DNA of 52,055 bases, the filler included, from Bipalium vagum (taxonomy: Eukaryota), in the NCBI GenBank assembly GCA_037834085.1. It is 3 parts of 3 records of this genome, joined end to end, with 100 filler letters (N's around TTAATTAATTAA, not from the genome) between each part and the next. Parts side by side here need not be neighbours in the genome. Positions count along the whole stretch, not along the records: positions 16,339 to 35,854 come from JBBMKC010266507.1; positions 35,955 to 52,055 come from JBBMKC010127154.1; 1 more part is not named here. One strand, 5' to 3'. This document shows, piece after piece, positions 26,376 through 39,824 of this stretch; the first letter of the stretch is position 1; every line of letters starts with the position of its first letter. Position numbers and translations under genes: made by a program. A model generated the notes under the pieces. It did no database searches. It was not told the DNA's origin and saw nothing but the letters and a program-made list of their open reading frames with translations.

Positions 26376-26993
26376 TTAGTACCTCGGAAAATTATCCCTT
26401 CGTCGGACATTTTTTTCCCTATGATAAAAACTATCATTTGTTTCGAAACTCATGTTCCAACGATCAGCACTACCAGCACCACCACTACCTGTATTAGATC
26501 TGTTGCCAACACCATCGTTAGATCTGTTGTTGTACCCAGCAGAATAATGGGGTTGCTGGGATGACTGGTACCTATGATTTTGTTGATGTTGTTGTTGATC
26601 ATGAACCGTTCCGCTGAATCGATAGCGAGAGTCTGGCGACGGTTGTATATGTAAATCGTTGTTGGAAAAGCTTTGTTGAACGTCAAACGATGAAGGCGTA
26701 TAGCTGCCGCTGTTGGTATAGGAATCAATGCTGTTGGATCTGAAACGAGAACCACCACCACGAAACGGCTGGTTGTATCGATCGATTTGTTGGGAATAAG
26801 AATTATTATTAAACGTCAGATCGTTTGAGGAATGCAAATAATGACGGAATTTCGGATTGATTCCCTTCTGGTTACCGTCGTCAAAGTTACTGTTTAAAGA
26901 ATGATTAATCATTCGGTTCATTGGTTCCGTGTCGAAATGTTTTCGGTCTTTTTTCAGGGCTTCATCTCCTAAAGTGGCTGGAGGCATGACAAC
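26376..26993 (-). CDS. XRN2: XRN2 exon 2 (low-complexity N/Q/S/G/R-rich C-terminal tail)
   Basis: Acceptor TTTGTTCCAG|GTTGTCATG is in phase 0 with exon 1. The intron (26994-27446, 453 bp) is AT-rich. Total ~1099 aa. Confidence 0.85.
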   Translation of the reverse strand, partial: VVMPPATLGDEALKKDRKHFDTEPMNRMINHSLNSNFDDGNQKGINPKFRHYLHSSNDLTFNNNSYSQQIDRYNQPFRGGGSRFRSNSIDSYTNSGSYTPSSFDVQQSFSNNDLHIQPSPDSRYRFSGTVHDQQQHQQNHRYQSSQQPHYSAGYNNRSNDGVGNRSNTGSGGAGSADRWNMSFETNDSFYHREKNVRRRDNFPRY

Positions 26994-27446
26994 CTGGAAC
27001 AAATAATGAGTTTTCGTAACGAGATGGTAAAGTTTAATTTTAATTGATTTGATATGACACTCGCTTATTTCTTGCTTCTATTAATTTATTTAATATTAAT
27101 TTTTCAAACAATTAATAAAAGAAAAATAAAATTTTAAAAATTGATGAAATATATTAAAAATAAATAGATACGGTGAAATAGAAAATTAATAATAATAAAA
27201 TGGAAAAAAGAAAATTATATTATAATAATTAAATAAAATAATTTTGTAAAAATTACAAAAATATCAAATTAAAATTGAAAATAACTTCGAAAGAACAAAA
27301 TTAATTAAAAATAAAAAATTAAATTCTTTAAATTAATTAATTAAAAATTAATAATAAATAAAATCAATATAAATTATAATTGATAAAAAAATTAACAACT
27401 TTCATAATAATTTATTAAAACTATAAATATAAATCGATTGACTCAC

Positions 27447-30128
27447 TTTGTCCAAAAGACGAGCTTTGAAAAGAAAATCTTCTGGAAACTGTGGATCTTT
27501 ATAGAAACATCCAATAACTTTGACACTGTTGATGTCCGACTGCTGAGGATCGTTGGAAATCGGCGTCTTGACAGTATCACCGGGTCGATAAGCTTTCATA
27601 TCGGTCCAAATTGTTCCAGTGACGCCATTCGTCAATTGAGGATCGATTACCGTCTTCTGATAGCCATCAATAGCATCATCACGACAATCGTTGCCATAGC
27701 AGCACTCTGAAATCAATTCCGCAATGGAATGGCTAGCCCGAACATAATACCGATCGCAACCCAATCGGTTCCGTTCGCGTTCCTCTTCTGTTAACAGCCC
27801 ATATCGATCGCGTAAAGCTAACAGCAACCGTCGTTCGTCTACAAATGGCAGCAACGCTACGCCCTGCCATTCGTACCGTTTTCCATTTAAATCGATTTTA
27901 AAATCACTAGGATACAGATCGATAACGGGCGAATCACTGTCAATCATGAGCCCCTGCCAAGCTGGTGGCACGTGACTTCTTGAATCTGCTGGGAACACGG
28001 CCATCAATTGTTCTAGTGGTCTAAACGGTTCCATTGGATCGCGATCGATTTCTGCCATCAATGATGATGAATCATCAATTCTTCCTCCATTAATTTCATC
28101 TGAATTATAATCGACTCGAAAATCGATTTTCAAATCAATTAAATTGTGAAAATCACACGCAAATGGTGCGTAGTGATGGGGATAGTACCATTTCCACGAC
28201 ACACACCCTTGGTAATAATAAGCCAACACCCAACAAAGGCCCCGCACGTAATCATGAGCGACGCGTTCTCCAAACGATTTTCCATCGATTTTTTCCCCTT
28301 TCTCATTCTCGTCTTCTTCATCGACCGAAACACCAAATTTCGATTTATAATAGCGTGATCGGTATCCCTGCTCCCATAGTTTTATTGTATCGTTTCGATC
28401 CATTTCTTCGTCTTGCAGATCAATTTTGTCAACAGGCGGTGGCGATGATTTGGAGTGCCGCCTCTTTCGAGATTGGTTGCTACCACCATCGTTCATGGTA
28501 AATGTTCCCGATCCTTCCATCCCTGATCCTTTCAACTTACCCCTTTCCTTATCATCCCACGTTCCGGTCTTACTGTCCGCTCCTCCCCACGATTGTCTTC
28601 CTGCATCTCTCCGTTGGCCGTCCCAATCGATCTTTGTCCCCTGAACTGATTGCCGCCTCAATTCCGCCACAGCCTGATCCTTGACCGAAACCATTGGAAA
28701 TCGTTCTCGACGAGCTGGACAGACAAATTCTGTCACCGATTTCTGGAAAAACTCCTGATCCGTATCCAACCGTTGCCGTTTCCATCGGGCGGATAATTGT
28801 TTTTGCCGTCGGTCGCGATTACGACGACGGAAATCCATTTCCGATGTTCGACGAGAACGGAAAATTTCGTCCTCCAACGTTGCTAAATCAGTCATAATTG
28901 ATTGGACACGAGCCAAATTCACTTGACCGCTGTCGGTCAACCAATCGATAGATTGGCGATTTTTATTAAGTTGGCAACGGTTCATTGAAGCCAAATAGAG
29001 CTCAATCAATCTATCGATGGCTTTCTCACGAATCTCCAGGCTAGGTAAATGAGGCAGGAAATCATTGCCAACAAAAAAGCACATAAACACCCAATCATCG
29101 ATAGCCCGCTCGAACTCATCTGGTCGCTGGAACAAACCAGTGCCAATAGATAAATCACGTCGTAAATACTCCCGTAGTATATTGAGATGGATAAAAATGA
29201 ATTCCGTTTGGTCCGGTACAACATTTGACCCTGCTTTATTCGGAGTCGAGGTAACACCAAGATTAAATTCAACACTGGCTAATCCCTGACATTCAGTCAT
29301 CACGTGGCCCATTTGATGGCACATTTCGCAAGGTCGTGGTTGATTGGGTTTGAATTCTTCGCGAATGATTGTAAAATACGGTTCGTGAGTTGCCAGACCT
29401 AACATAATCAGATCTGCGTCGGCACCACACAAACAGTGCCGTGTGTTAGGATCGTGTGCGGGATTGTTTCGTTGACGTCGAATAAAATCCATAATTTTGT
29501 GTTCACCCTCGCCCGGAACATTAGCATCGCTCAGGATCACTTGGATCCCCGCCCAGCCTGGATCGGAGTGGAGCTTCTGGTAGATGAAGTATTGGAGAGC
29601 AATGGTGAGCCGGGCCATGAAAGGCGTTCCTGGTGTGATACAGTTACTATCGAAACGTTCGTCAGATGACGCGGATGAGGATTCTGGAAGACGGGCGCCT
29701 TTTGCAATGAGTTCCAATCGAATGCGGTCAAAAGTTTCGGCTTTTTCTCGCGATTCTTTGGCAGCTCGAAATCGACGAGAACGTTGTTGGTTCATCTTCG
29801 CTCGAGGAGCAACGCCATCAACGGCGAGGTAAATGAGTCGTCGTGGACGGACAATGGAGAAAATTCGATCAATATAAAGAAAGATTTCCACAAACATTTC
29901 GTCTTCGTTTTTCGGAGCCGGTTTGTTTTCTGGGTGGGTGCAAGGATGGATTATGCCGTTCATGTCCAGGTAGAGATTGTCGAATTCCATCTCGTTCGGA
30001 TTCGGTTGGCTGGTGTCTACTGGGATAGTTGTGTTTTCATCAATGTATTTTCCCTTTTCTTCGATGCAATGAGATACAATTTTAGGATACTTCATGCTTA
30101 ACCAACGGAAGAAAGCTGGTACACCCAT
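27447..30128 (-). CDS. XRN2: 5'-3' exoribonuclease 2 (XRN2/Rat1), exon 1
   Basis: Motifs MGVPAFFRWL, FDNLYLDMNGIIHPCTHP, DGVAPRAKMNQQRSRRF, FDSNCITPGT, PGEGEHKI, ADADLIMLGL, GNDFLP, WYYPHHYAP, and a CCHC knuckle CEMCHQMGHVMTEC typical of XRN2. Donor AAA|GTGAGT after LLDK (phase 0). Confidence 0.96.
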
Positions 30129-32539
30129 TTCGTTGATTTAGAACTTTTTAATTAATTCACTGTAGTTACGAAAAACATGTAGTCAAACGTTTCAAAATTT
30201 GAAAATCGTACAGTTTTTTTAAACAAATTGTTTAAAATGTTTCAATGTACTAATATATATATTCAGTTGAATAAATAAATTTAAGACAATAATATAATTT
30301 AAAGTTATATAATACAAAATCGTATTACATAAGAAAAATATGTTTCTAAACATGAATCATAAATATAAAGTTATTTTGATTTAAAAGAATTCTAATAAGA
30401 TTTAATATATTTCTCAATTGTGATTTTAAAATATAATACATCCATAAAAATCAGTTAATTAATAATATCAAATTAAATCAAGTTTATTAATTAAAATAAT
30501 TTTTATTAAGTATTTATTTCATATTATTTATTGTTTATTATTTGTAAAATTAGGTAATAAAAACTTGATCAGACAAGAAAGTCTATTTTCATAACATAAA
30601 ATCGATCAAGTTAAAATTTCGTTTCATAAATGATTTTCAAATAATAATTCCTTATATTTTTCAATCATCTTTAAATTAATAATATTTTCAATAAATTTAG
30701 AAATTTAGAGATATTTTAATTAAGACCCCTCCTCTTCCTGTTCTACAACGTCACAGTGTAGCATATAGTGGATAATCATAAACTATCTTCCCTTTTTATC
30801 GTCTTCATTTGAAAAAATTTCTAGTGCACTTTGACACTAAGCAGATGTATCGTGATGAAGAATGAGCACGTGATAACAATGCGATCATCAGCTTTGAATG
30901 GGAACTCTAAGATTCCAATCCCAGTAGCCATGCGCAGTATCTACCGACATCATCTATCGGTGGAATCATTGGGGACTTGAATCTACAACAGTTTAAGTTT
31001 TAAGTTCATCGATTTTTTTCCTGGTTATAACTAAATCAAACTGTTTTAAAAGTTTTTTTATTGTAGTTAAACTACTCAGTAACCAGTTTTTATTATTAAT
31101 TTTTTAATTATCGAACAAGTCTAAAATTCAGAAACATAAAAATTAAAATAATAAAAATGAATTCAAAATAAAATTCACATTTTGCAAAATTATATTAGAA
31201 AGAAAAATTTCATTCTGAAAATTTAAAAATAATTCATAAATAATACGAGATATTTTTCAAATTGTTGGGTTTCATTTAACAGATAATTTAGTATAATTTC
31301 TATTTTAGATAAAGATGAATATAAAATTGATATTGCGAAATTTGTAACTACGATTCATTTTGATTTTTTTTAAATTGTGTGATATTTATCAAAATTATTA
31401 TTTAAAGTAAATTTTAATTAATTTAAAATTAATATCATTATTATTAAAGGAATCAAAAATATTTATATTTTAAAATTTCTTTCAAAAAATATCCAATAAG
31501 ATTTTTAAAATTTAATTTATACTTTTATAATATTATACCAATTTAATTTTCATTTTATACTAATAAATGTGACTAAATAAACATTTTTTTTATAATTTTG
31601 TCCCATAACATGTCTTTTTGTTATTAAGAATTAAATGACATGTTTTTGCATATGAAGAGATATCAAACAATTTATTACCGTTTTAGAATTTGCCTAACCC
31701 TCTAAACATGACAATAAGAAAAATATTTATATCAATTTGTGTTAATAATCTTTCTTAGCCCAAATATGCGAGTAAAATATGAGATTTTAGTAATTTTAGG
31801 ACATTAATTTGAAAAAAAATTTTTTCATTCTGTTTTAATACAGAAGTAGAATGGTCAGATGAGATAAACAAGGAGGCCATGAGGTGGTTTGTAAAGTTCA
31901 AATCGGGTGACATCAGCCTCCAGTGTCAGCCTGGTTGGCGAAGGTTAACTGTTTGATAAAGATTTGAATCTCATAAAATTGTAAAATCATAAATATCATA
32001 AAATTGAAACACGCATAGATTCATAAAAGCGTGAAAAGTCAGGAAAATATGAAATTGTTAAAATCGATAAAATAATAAACATAAAAATCTCCCAGGTATG
32101 AAAATTGTAAATATAATGAAAATCATAACATTTTAAAAATCAGTTTCAACTACATAAAATAGAAAAAAACATTAAATTATAAAAATTTCAAAAATCATAA
32201 TTCATAAAATTTTTTAAGAACTTATAAAAATCACAGTTTCAAAAATATCATAAAATTGGAAAATTGCAGAATTCTTGAAAACCGAGAAAAAATTCTGCTT
32301 TTTGGGTTTTAGTTGAACATACCATTTCCATACTGATATATATATGGAATTTAAGTAATATTAATAATAATATAACATCTAAAAATTAGTTTTTTCTTTA
32401 AGTAAATCAATATCGATTATATTTATGGAATTAATTTGATAAGTAATTTAAGTTTACCAATTCATTTTCAGAAATTAATAGTACGAACTTGTAGGTGTAC
32501 TAAATCACTAAAAGTATTCAATGAAAAAAACGTCCAAGG

Positions 32540-32960
32540 TATAACATTTTCTTATACTTCGATTTTTGTATTTCAAGTACACCCTTGTCATATTATCTCT
32601 CCCCATTTCTTTTATATACAGATTTTCTTACCAACAGCACCAGTTTGAAACATGGACTCATCGCTAAAGAAAACTACAAGCGAATCACTTTTCTTTGCCC
32701 ACAACTAGCGTTTTTTTTAGCAATCGTAAGCTTTCGTTTGTTAGCAGGCACAAAATAATGAACACAGCAAGATATTCTTTGGATGTCATTCAAGTCCTTT
32801 ACTATACTCCGAGATGATTTAAATCTGTTCTCTAAACATCTTCACAAAATAAGACAATCAAAACTTGCAGCTACCTGTCCTAAGTCTAGGATAGTTGTTT
32901 TCATTTGGTATTACATTGTTGAATACATCACTTTGTTGACAAAACTTCATTATGCTTGAT
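32540..32960 (-). mobile_element. Tc1-like remnant
   Basis: Minus strand reads VVFFSDESMFQ at ~32645-32677. Confidence 0.6.
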
Positions 32961-33361
32961 TTATTTATTATTCTTGTAATTCAATCCTGTGTTAGACAAA
33001 GACCATTTTATAATAATGTATCAGATAGTCACAATGATATCTTTTAGGTATAATGACGTAATTCACATCATTCTACATATATCGTTTCATTCGATAAGCA
33101 GTAGTCGTAAAAATAACGAGTTAAAAAATTATTATATATGTATTCCTTTATTCTTTTCTTTTTAACTCTTCATCTCTCATTTACTTTCTTTCATACTGTT
33201 TCACACTTTTTATGCAATGTTTCACATATTTTATTTAAACGAAAAATTTAGTCAAATTAAAACTTTGTTTTAAAATAAAATTAATGCCATTTGTTAAAAC
33301 GTAATGAATTAATATTCTTTATATCCAATGGATACAGTAAAATATTCACAATAAACTTAAG

Positions 33362-34171
33362 ATGGTTAACATTTTCATTTTATTAAGCTTACCTCTTTTA
33401 ACGTATACAATCTCATATCGGCTTCATTGTGGTATTCAATCGCTTTCTAATGAAAGAAAATATTTCATAATAAAAAATGGTTCATGTCATATCTTGAAAT
33501 CTAAATTTTCAGAAGCAAGTCAAATCAAATTGAGTCGTTATTACAAACGAAAGGTTGGTGAATTTATTTTGTTCAGAATTTTGTGTGGTTCAGGTAAAAA
33601 TCCTTATTTATTTTACGTAAATGGAAACCTGGGAAGAAATGCAATGCAAAATGTTCAGAAAAATCAATTGGAAAATTTTCGAAACATGATTTTAGATGAA
33701 TGGTCCGCTGTACGACCATTATTTATGAACATTAGTATAAGAGACTACAATAATAACATTGTATTTTTGGTTTTTAGGGTTAAGAACAATGATAATTTGA
33801 CATCTTGGTTCAGAAAGGAAAATTTGATAAACAGTTACCCTTGGAAAATGGAGATTTTGCATAAATATAACTACAAAGTTTTTGAAATTGAAGACTACTG
33901 GCCTTATAATCCAAAGATTGGCTACACAAATTTTAAAATATATATAATGGGAAATAAATGTGATGGGGATGCTGGACTGATCGCCATTTTTTTCGAATCG
34001 AAATATTGCATTTATAGGTTACAATGGCGAAATAAAACAAATTTTGTTTTTCCTCAAATTTTATATGTGAATGATAAAGGAAAACCCGGGAACTGGCGAT
34101 TACATGGAATTCCGGCGAAATCAATGGAGATAATCGGAATCTATGATACCTCCATTGAAATGTTTGGTTGA
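33362..34171 (+). CDS. Intronless secreted protein, 269 aa (paralog B)
   Basis: Signal-peptide-like MVNIFILLSLPLLTYTIS. Shares CG.Q.LS..RKYF, GEF.LFR, FR...LDEW..VRPLFMNIS.RDYNN, LTSWF...NL..SYPWK, FVFPQ.LY.ND and KSM.IIG.Y with paralog A. Confidence 0.88.
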   Translation: MVNIFILLSLPLLTYTISYRLHCGIQSLSNERKYFIIKNGSCHILKSKFSEASQIKLSRYYKRKVGEFILFRILCGSGKNPYLFYVNGNLGRNAMQNVQKNQLENFRNMILDEWSAVRPLFMNISIRDYNNNIVFLVFRVKNNDNLTSWFRKENLINSYPWKMEILHKYNYKVFEIEDYWPYNPKIGYTNFKIYIMGNKCDGDAGLIAIFFESKYCIYRLQWRNKTNFVFPQILYVNDKGKPGNWRLHGIPAKSMEIIGIYDTSIEMFG

Positions 34172-34384
34172 ACCACTGGACGGGATCAATATCTTTTTAT
34201 TTTCTTTTGACATATTTACCATTAACTCATCGACAGTCATGTTCGTCATAAACATATTTATTTTATTTTATAGTTTAATCGTTTCATTATATTTTCATTA
34301 TATTTTGAGTGATGTATACTTAATATTTTATTATTTTTAATTTTTAATTTAGAATTGTAAGAAAATTTTTAATGATGTAAAATG

Positions 34385-34720
34385 TAATTATATTATATTA
34401 TGGAGTTAATAAAATTATTAAAAATTTTCTTTTTTTTATTTATAATTTTTATTTTTATTTTTTTAATTATTTATATTTATTATACTTATTTATATTGTAG
34501 AGTAAATAAAATTATGAAATAATATTTTTATTTTATTTATGTTTTATTTATATTCATTAAATTTATTTATATTATAGAGTTAATAAAATTATTAAATAAT
34601 TTCTTTTTTTTATTTATATGTTTTATTTATATTTATTTTACTTATTTATATAGTAGTGATAATAAAATTATTAAATAACTTTTTATTTATATTTTATTTT
34701 TTTATATTTATTTATATATT
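34385..34720. repeat. Degenerate AT-rich tandem repeat (~4 units of 75-100 bp)
   Basis: Recurrent GAGT(T)AATAAAATTATTAAA...TTTTTTTATTTAT units near 34402, 34499, 34577 and 34655. Confidence 0.55.
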
Positions 34721-35854
34721 TTAATTATAATTATTTTTTATATCTTAATTTTGAAATATAAATAATATTAGTAATGATAATTATTAAATTTTTTTGCATA
34801 AAAAATTATATTTCTTAAACATTGTTTATATAATTATATTTTATGTAGGAAACTTCGGTGCTATGAATAAGAAAGAAATATTTAAAATTTCTCATCCAAG
34901 TTTCCCCCTAATCGATTTCTTTTAAATATTAATAATAATTTTTTTTTAATCATCCAATTAGGTTATAATGTAAAAAAAATAAAGTAAAACAGTTGTTTGA
35001 TTTATTAATATTATTTCATTGGTAAAGAAATGTTAAATATTATTTTTAATTTTATTATTATTATATTATTAATTTTCGACAATAATATTTTTATAAAATA
35101 ATTAAATTTTTAATATTTTATTAGAAAAAATATTTTTAAAATATTCAAAAAATCTAAAATAATATTAGAATTTTATTATTTTTTATATTGCATATTTTTT
35201 CATTTAATTAAATTTTAAATTTTAAAAAATTATATTATTAATTTCTTCGCAGGAATTATGAAAGCAAAACAGTAACCCACCTTTTCTAATTTAATCTTCA
35301 TATTAAGTGAATTCCTTTAAAATTTATTTCTTCAGCCACACATTAAATATAAGAAAAGGAAGAACCCTTATTTCGTACATGGTGACAGGAAGTTTAATTT
35401 GACGAATGGTTTTAATGACTGTACATGATATCGTGTAAATCTTCATTAATGCACTTTTCATTAAAATACTATTTAAAAGACTATTTATAAGATTTATAAA
35501 GTAATCCTACAAGATGCTGAAATTATTTTATTTTCGTTTAAAAAAATATTCATTAGAAATAAAAAAATATAAAAATTAAAATATATAAAAGCCAACTNNN
35601 NNNNNNNNNNNNNNNNNNNNNNNNNNNNNNNNNNNNNNNNNNNNNNNNNNNNNNNNNNNNNNNNNNNNNNNNNNNNNNNNNNNNNNNNNNNNNNNNNNNN
35701 NNNNNNNNNNNNNNNNNNNNNNNNNNNNNNNNNNNNNNNNNNNNNNNNNTCTTGGAATACCTCTTCTGTATTTCATATGACAATATATACAAGATATGTG
35801 TATGTGTACAGATTAGAAATATCTTTAGAAATATCTATTTAAATTCCATATTTT

Positions 35855-35954
35855 NNNNNNNNNNNNNNNNNNNNNNNNNNNNNNNNNNNNNNNNNNNNTT
35901 AATTAATTAANNNNNNNNNNNNNNNNNNNNNNNNNNNNNNNNNNNNNNNNNNNN
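35855..35954. other. Artificial assembly join (44 N + TTAATTAATTAA + 44 N)
   Basis: Same linker as at 16239. A separate plain N gap lies at 35598-35749. Confidence 0.95.
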
Positions 35955-36195
35955 AACTTTTTCGGTGGAAAACAATTCAAATCTGACGATGATATAAAAT
36001 TGGCCTTCCAGGAATTCCTTGACACTCGCCCACCAGGGTTTTAAAGGCCGGCATGAACAAGCTGCCGCTTAAATGGCAAAAATGTGCATGCAATATGGGT
36101 GCCTATTTTGATAAATAGCATAGTTTCTTTTATTTGTAATTTATTAATAAACTTTGTTTTTCAATTTACAAATTTCATACTACACAACCTGATAT
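35955..36195 (+). mobile_element. Mariner 3' end
   Basis: GMNKLPLKWQKC...GAYFDK stop, then TIR-like ...CACAACCTGATA. Confidence 0.7.
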
Positions 36196-36199
36196 ATCT

Positions 36200-36775
36200 G
36201 GAAAGCATTAGATTGGTCTGGATATCAAACTTCTTTTAGATCTTCAAAAGCTTTATTTACTTCAGGTGTGCAAATCGATTGCTTATTATTTATTCTGCAT
36301 AATCTTTCCAATGGCTTTGCTTTATTTCCATACCCTTTAATGAATTGCCTATAATAATTGTACATACACTAAAAGCTCCTCAAGTGTTTTTTTTACACAT
36401 TTTGATTGCATAAATGTTCGGATAACATCTATTTTTGATTGATCTGTCTGAACACTGTCTTTGTGTTCCTCCTTCAATAATTGGCATTTCTCGGGATTTA
36501 TTCTTAAACCAGCTTCTTTAATGTCCATTAATACTTGATTTAAGACATTGTAATGACTTTCCAAACTGCTCGTAAAAACCAGAATATCATCTAGATATAC
36601 CATTAGTCCTTGATTTTACCGATGACTTTTGTCATTATTATTTGAAAAGTTCTTGGTGACGATGCAATGTCAAATGGCATTCTATTAAAGCAGTACTATC
36701 AATATCTAGTAGAAAAAGCAGTCTTTTCTTGTGAATCTTTGTTCAACTCAACTTGATAATAAGTGTTAACTTGCT
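36200..36775 (-). mobile_element. Gypsy RT fragment
   Basis: MVYLDDILVF...GLRINPEKC, preceded by KTAFST...NRMPF. Confidence 0.85.
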
Positions 36776-37756
36776 CGAATTCATATGAAATAATAAACTA
36801 ACAATAACTAAAATTTATTTATTTCAAAAATCTGCTCTTTCATAAAAATCAATAATTAAAACAATTGTAATTATTGATTTTACTGAATTATAAAGATTAC
36901 GTAAAATCTTTATAATTCCTTATAATAAGTATTACCAAGGTCTATTGAGATAAAATAACGTGCTCCATTTCGATTTATAGTATATGGCTCTCACTAGATC
37001 ACCTACTAGTGCAGTTTTGTCTTTTGGGTACATTGATGCATTCTCATATTCTTCTCTTATGCAATCTCCTTTCAATATCACATCAATATTTTGGGTGACC
37101 GCATTAATTCTTTTATTTCCACTCATCCCATGATTAAATTCGTAAAATTTTCTGTTTCTTCTATGACTATTTACCTTTGTGTAGCACTCCAATGCTTGGT
37201 GACCATTTCTTGCACAGCTTTGACATTTGTAAACTGTATAATTCTTTCGTATATGCCCTGCTTTTCCACATTCAAAACATGTAGGTATTTGACAGAAAAT
37301 TAATTGTACAAAAAGTAAATTATCTGCTGTCTGAAAGGAAATACAGAGTAGAATAGATTTCGAATTTCTAAAAATGGTGAGTTCATTTTAAACTATGTAT
37401 CACAAAAAGGACGCTCCATAATACTTTATTCTGATAAATTGAAAATTGTTGTTGAAGAAAACTGGACCATCACTTTAACGGAATTGAGCCATTGCTTTGA
37501 TGTAAACCATGTGGTCATCTATTTTTAAACGAGAAAGTATCCGAAAGTACCTCGGATAATTTAGTGAATTCACGAGTGAATTAGAATTTCTGAGAAAAGT
37601 TTAGGTGGAAATTGAAGCCTAACTGTTAATATTTTCACTACCTTACTTCAGTTGTTCGAACTTTAAAAATATTTCGTATGCTTAGGTATCCTTAATTAAA
37701 AAATGGATATAGAGTAGAACGAAGGAAAACTCAAAAATTTAATGTTTGAATAAATA

Positions 37757-38840
37757 TTAGGTGTACAACTAATTTGCGGGAAGAAATTCTACATTACTTT
37801 ATTACTAAGAAAATTGCAACGGAAACGTATCGCTTGCTTCGAGAGACCTATGGAGAACATGGTCCCTCGATGACCACATGTAAAGATTGGTTTAGAAGTT
37901 TTAGAAATGGCCAATATGATACGAACGACAAGGAGCATGGGAAGCCACAAAACAATGTGAAGATAGAGATTTGAGAAGGCTGTTGGACGAAGACCCATTC
38001 CAAACACAATCTGATCTGGCTGTCGCATTAAATTTGACTCAACAATGCATTTCAAAACGTCTGGCAGCTTTAGGAATTATTCGAAAATTAGGAATTTGGA
38101 TCCAACATGAATTGACAGAAAGATGCATTGAAGGGCGAAAAACAATTTATGATGTTCTTCTTCTGAGACAAAAAATGAAAAGTTTTTTGCATCGAATTAT
38201 CACAGGAGACGAAAAATGGATTCATATGACAATCCAAAACACAAAGAAGATTGGTTTATGCCAGGTGAACCCGGTCCATCAACACCGAAACAAAATTTCC
38301 ACGATTTGAAAGTTATGTTGTGTATCTAGTGGGATCAGAAAGGAGTGATCTATTATGAATTTTTAAAATCTTCTCAAACACTTACTGGTGAATTTTATCG
38401 ATCACAATAATTTCGTTTGAAGCAAGCTTTGAATAAAAAACGACCGGAATGGGTGATAAACAAATAATTTTACAATATGATAACGCAAGATCACACGTTA
38501 ATTCAATTGTAAATAATTACTTAGAAGGTACAAAGTCTTACCTCACCCACCCTATTCATCAGACATCGCTCCTTCGGATTACCATTTGTTCCGCTCTTTG
38601 CAATCAGTACTTTCCGGAGAGCGGTTCAGTTCCCTTGTAGACCTCCAAAATTGGATTGACAGCTGGATTTCATCAAAATAGCCAAAGTTTTTCTTTTATG
38701 GAATTCATTCGTTACCTGAAAGGTGGGCAACGGTTGTAGTTTCCAATGGAACATATTTTAATAAATGTTTTTAAATACAATTTGTAATAAATGTCTTTGT
38801 TTTCTTATTTAAAAAGCCGGGGTCATAGTTGTACACCTAA
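37757..38840 (+). mobile_element. Mariner element with both TIRs, transposase pseudogene
   Basis: TA|TTAGGTGTACAACTA...TAGTTGTACACCTAA|TA. Motifs WIQHEL, ITGDEKW, YDNARSH, HPPYSSDIAPSDYHLF. Confidence 0.92.
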
Positions 38841-39824
38841 TATATAGAAAACCTGATGAGATAGAAATTGGATGTCATTGAGTACTTGATCATATTAAAA
38901 TAATTAAATAAACACTATCCTTGCAACTTGATATTTATATCACAAATTTTATTTTGGGTGACCATTTAAAGAAAACCATAGATGATTACAGTTTCTTTAT
39001 ATCTAGACAGAAGCGTTATGTGTTAAATGTTATCAAAACAGGATAACAGCTCTAGTATCACAAATTCCTAAACATCATTTGTTGTTACCTTAATTATCAA
39101 ATCACAAATGCTTTGGTTGATACTATTTTTTTACTGACTGACTTAAAACCATCGTTAATTTAAGGAACTAAAAATAATGAATTTCAATTTCAAATAAATT
39201 CATCACAATACATTTTTTTTGTTAATTTTCTTTGCAGAATCTGGCTCAGTTTTATTTCCCATAAAATTTTACCATTGAGTATATTTGTATTAAAACTTGA
39301 AAATAGATGCCAAAATTTTTTTTTGAATATTTAAAAGTATTTTGTTTATTAATTATTTATGTTTTATTTAATTATTTAAAATAAAATCTTCCCATTAACG
39401 CTTTTTTTTATTATTATTGATTTTCATAATCACTGCAAACTTTCAATAAATAAAATATTTTCTTATTATATTTAAAAAAATTAAGTAATTTATCATTTAA
39501 ACTTTTAATATCGCAAAATAATTTATTTTTAATTTATATTTAAATAATTTCTACATTTTTATTATAGTGAGAAATAATGAATAAAATGATAATCTTTTTA
39601 AAATATTAATTAAATAATAATTAATACTTTTTAAAGAAGTACTTTAACATTTTTGTTTGCTTTTTATTTCCGTTTATTTTTTAACATGACTAAATCAGTT
39701 TAATAATTTTCACCATCAATAATGCGAATAATATTTTAAACAATGTTATAGATAATTTTGATCTTTAAATATTTGATTTATATTTAAAATTTTTGTTTTC
39801 TTTATTTATTGTTATCTTCACTAG

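Noticed and set aside
27438-30101. Numerous short ORFs overlapping XRN2
   Set aside because: Antisense or alternate-frame shadows of a GC-richer coding exon.
31960-32285. Recurrent CATAAAATT motif resembling an array
   Set aside because: Irregular, degenerate AT-rich minisatellite with no constant repeat/spacer structure. Not CRISPR-like.
35553-35792. ORFs spanning Ns
   Set aside because: Artefacts of the assembly gap.
38851-38870. CTGATGA...GAAA hammerhead-like core
   Set aside because: Only 4 nt separate the boxes and I found no supporting stems. The similar motif at ~17622 lies inside LINE coding sequence.
30720-39290. Candidate upstream exons of the DPP8/9-like gene (e.g. ~31309, ~31844, ~35252, ~39238)
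   Set aside because: AG/GT sites exist, but the translations show no convincing DPP similarity and assembly gaps intervene.
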